A stretch of 64,000 nt of DNA, taken from contig ML978127.1 in assembly GCA_010015805.1 (NCBI GenBank), positions 620,001-684,000 of the forward strand. Reading direction: 5' to 3'. Position numbers and translations under genes: made by a program. The notes below the pieces were generated by a model. It did no database searches. It had not been told where the DNA came from and saw only the letters and a list, made by a program, of their open reading frames with translations. Position 1 is the stretch's first letter. Every line of letters starts with the position of its first letter. This document shows, one piece after another, positions 62,305 through 64,000 of the stretch. The DNA comes from Rhizodiscina lignyota. Its lineage: Eukaryota.

Positions 62305-63310
62305 TTACCACATATCATCCATTTCTGCCATGGCATCCATCTCATCAGCAAATTCGTCCTCCTGGACTCTACCTTGTTGTGCATCCGAAGTTGCGGCCCC
62401 ATTGCCAAACAGGCTGCTGTGATGGGTTGTGCCAGCGTCCTTGTTTGCGCTTTCTGCGAGTAGGGCATCTAATTCGTCATCATCTGGCTGCTCTACGGGT
62501 TCTGGACGTTCTGAGCTGGCGCCATTCGCCCCGATACGTCCTTCGCTGCCACTTTCAGCCCCACTGTCGCCTGCGGTTGAGCGAGAGGGGTTTTCTGGTT
62601 GGGCCGTTTGTTTGTTTCCAGTAGGCTCCGATGCCGCTGTCTCAGAAGCAGCTGGGTTCATGTCGTCTCCCTGCTGCTCCTCATCCTCTTGTTCTGTGGC
62701 CTGAACTTTCGGCTTGCCCTCGTCAATCCATTCCTTTCGCATCATCTGCATGCGTTTGGTGTGACCAAGCTTCTCAAGCATTGCAAGACCATCGGCGAAC
62801 TTGGCGCGGGGGTACAGGTCATCGAGCCACAGCTGATACAGGCTAAGGAGTTTCTGCACATCTGAGAACTGTACACGTAGCATAGTTAGCTCCTGCTGAA
62901 TGTGCCGCACAGGAAGAGTTGGATGGCTACCTCGTGGCCCTTGCCGCGGAATTTCAAGTTCTTTTTCGCCGTCTGTCGCAACTTGGATATGCCTTTATCG
63001 GAAAGAAGCCTGATGGGAATTGTGAGCGGCTCTTCTAAAATGTTTTGCACCGTTGCGGATTTGACACTTACCGCGTCTCATCAAGCTTCGCTACAGGTGC
63101 TCTTCGCTTTGTGACTGTGATTTCTTCATCTATACCCAGGCCGCCTGCGCTCTGGTTGAAAGATCCTGTTTGCCCTACAGAGTCTCTCGAAGTGCCGTTA
63201 TTTGTAGTCGTTGTAGTCGTATTGAAAACATCGTCCATGCTGGTGTCGTACGTGAAGAGATCGTCGAGGGCGTCATTCTCGCGACGTGGAGCGCTTTGTA
63301 CTTCGGCCAT
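62305..63310 (-). CDS. CSM3: Replication fork protection complex subunit Csm3/Swi3 (Tipin)
   Basis: LGIDEEITVTKRRAPVAKLDETRLLSDKGI, GKGHE and YQLWLDDLYPRAKFADGLAMLEKLGH. Two introns. Confidence 0.93.
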
Positions 63311-63401
63311 TTTTCCGTTGCCGACAAACGTAGAAGAGAAGGCTGGTAGAGCCTAAGGGGAATGAGATTTTCGGACTGGAGCAACTTTGGCATTTATCTT
63401 G

Positions 63402-63427
63402 TCGCGTGTCGCGACTGGAGGACGCGT
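63402..63427. promoter_or_regulatory. Cluster of MCB-like (MBF) elements upstream of CSM3
   Basis: TCGCGT at 63402..63407, TCGCGA at 63409..63414 and ACGCGT at 63422..63427, all within 120 bp of the CSM3 ATG. Confidence 0.6.
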
Positions 63428-63760
63428 TCGTGATGCGCTAGCCGTATGCGGCTAAACCTTAATTGAACGACTATTATAGATCGCCAAGCCTCTCTGCAAG
63501 CACCCCTGCTTGCCTGTCCTTAACTTTTCTCAATAGGACAATGGAGCCGTAGAACAACACAACCTCTCGCATAAGGCTCTTCGCACTTTGTCCGCATACG
63601 ATCGCTGCCTCATCTCACTCCGGAGATCTAAAGCTGGCATTCGCAGGTCGCGATCTTTGGAGCCATATACTTTTCGGACGCGTCTTTAATCTACACCTTC
63701 GCTCCGCCCGTGTCACGCGCCAGGATTGACAAGCACATTTCGAAACGAGATCGAGCAGAC

Positions 63761-64000
63761 ATGGGCGCCATGGCGATGGCACCGTTCCTTCCGGAGGACA
63801 GCATGGTCGCTCGAATCGATGCTCTTTTAGAGCGGGCTCGCGTTTGGAAAGCGTCATCCTCAGTAGATCTTCCGCTACCTGTTCTGGAGTTCTCCGGCGC
63901 AAAAGGTCTTCCTCTTGAGGATCCCAAGGTTAGCGCACAAGTGCACAATGGGTGCGTTGAAGTTGCCGCACGACAGGTCTTCCAAAGAATTGCGGTATTT
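63761..64000 (+). CDS. 5' part of a gene, possibly THO complex subunit 1 (Hpr1/THOC1); truncated by the window end
   Basis: Open frame MGAMAMAPF...IDALLERARVWKASSSVDLPL...CVEVAARQVFQRIA runs to the window edge and resembles recalled fungal THOC1 N-termini. Identity is tentative. Confidence 0.5.
   Translation, partial: MGAMAMAPFLPEDSMVARIDALLERARVWKASSSVDLPLPVLEFSGAKGLPLEDPKVSAQVHNGCVEVAARQVFQRIAVF

Noticed and set aside
1..64000. Transposons, CRISPR arrays, rRNA genes
   Set aside because: No transposase or reverse transcriptase motifs, LTR or TIR pairs, repeat-spacer arrays or rRNA sequence were seen.

Overview
Gene-dense, intron-containing genomic DNA from a filamentous ascomycete (Pezizomycotina; GT-AG introns with CTRAC branch points). 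It holds about 28 protein-coding genes, one intron-containing tRNA-Arg(CCG) and one intronic box C/D snoRNA. The centre (about 13.2-29.5 kb) is a complete quinate-utilisation cluster (qutR, qutA, qutD, qutB, qutG, qutE, qutH, qutC) arranged as four divergent pairs, with QA-1F/QutA-type palindromes in the shared promoters. Directly beside it are a hydroxyquinol-type intradiol ring-cleavage dioxygenase and a small Cys-rich orphan ORF, which may extend the cluster. The flanks are housekeeping genes: HIR3, a GH16 CRH transglycosylase, a CFEM protein, RPT5, trimethyllysine dioxygenase, a purine phosphoribosyltransferase, YAK1, a Clg1-like cyclin, RPL7, SNF8, eIF3L, NMD5, SKI2, CSM3 and a probable THOC1 start. 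Non-coding or hidden signals are a highly structured RPL7 intron 1, uORFs upstream of YAK1, a GC-AG intron in an 11-mer-repeat protein, MCB boxes at CSM3 and a decayed C2H2 zinc-finger relic. All gene models were spliced by eye and all family calls come from recalled motifs; no database search was run.
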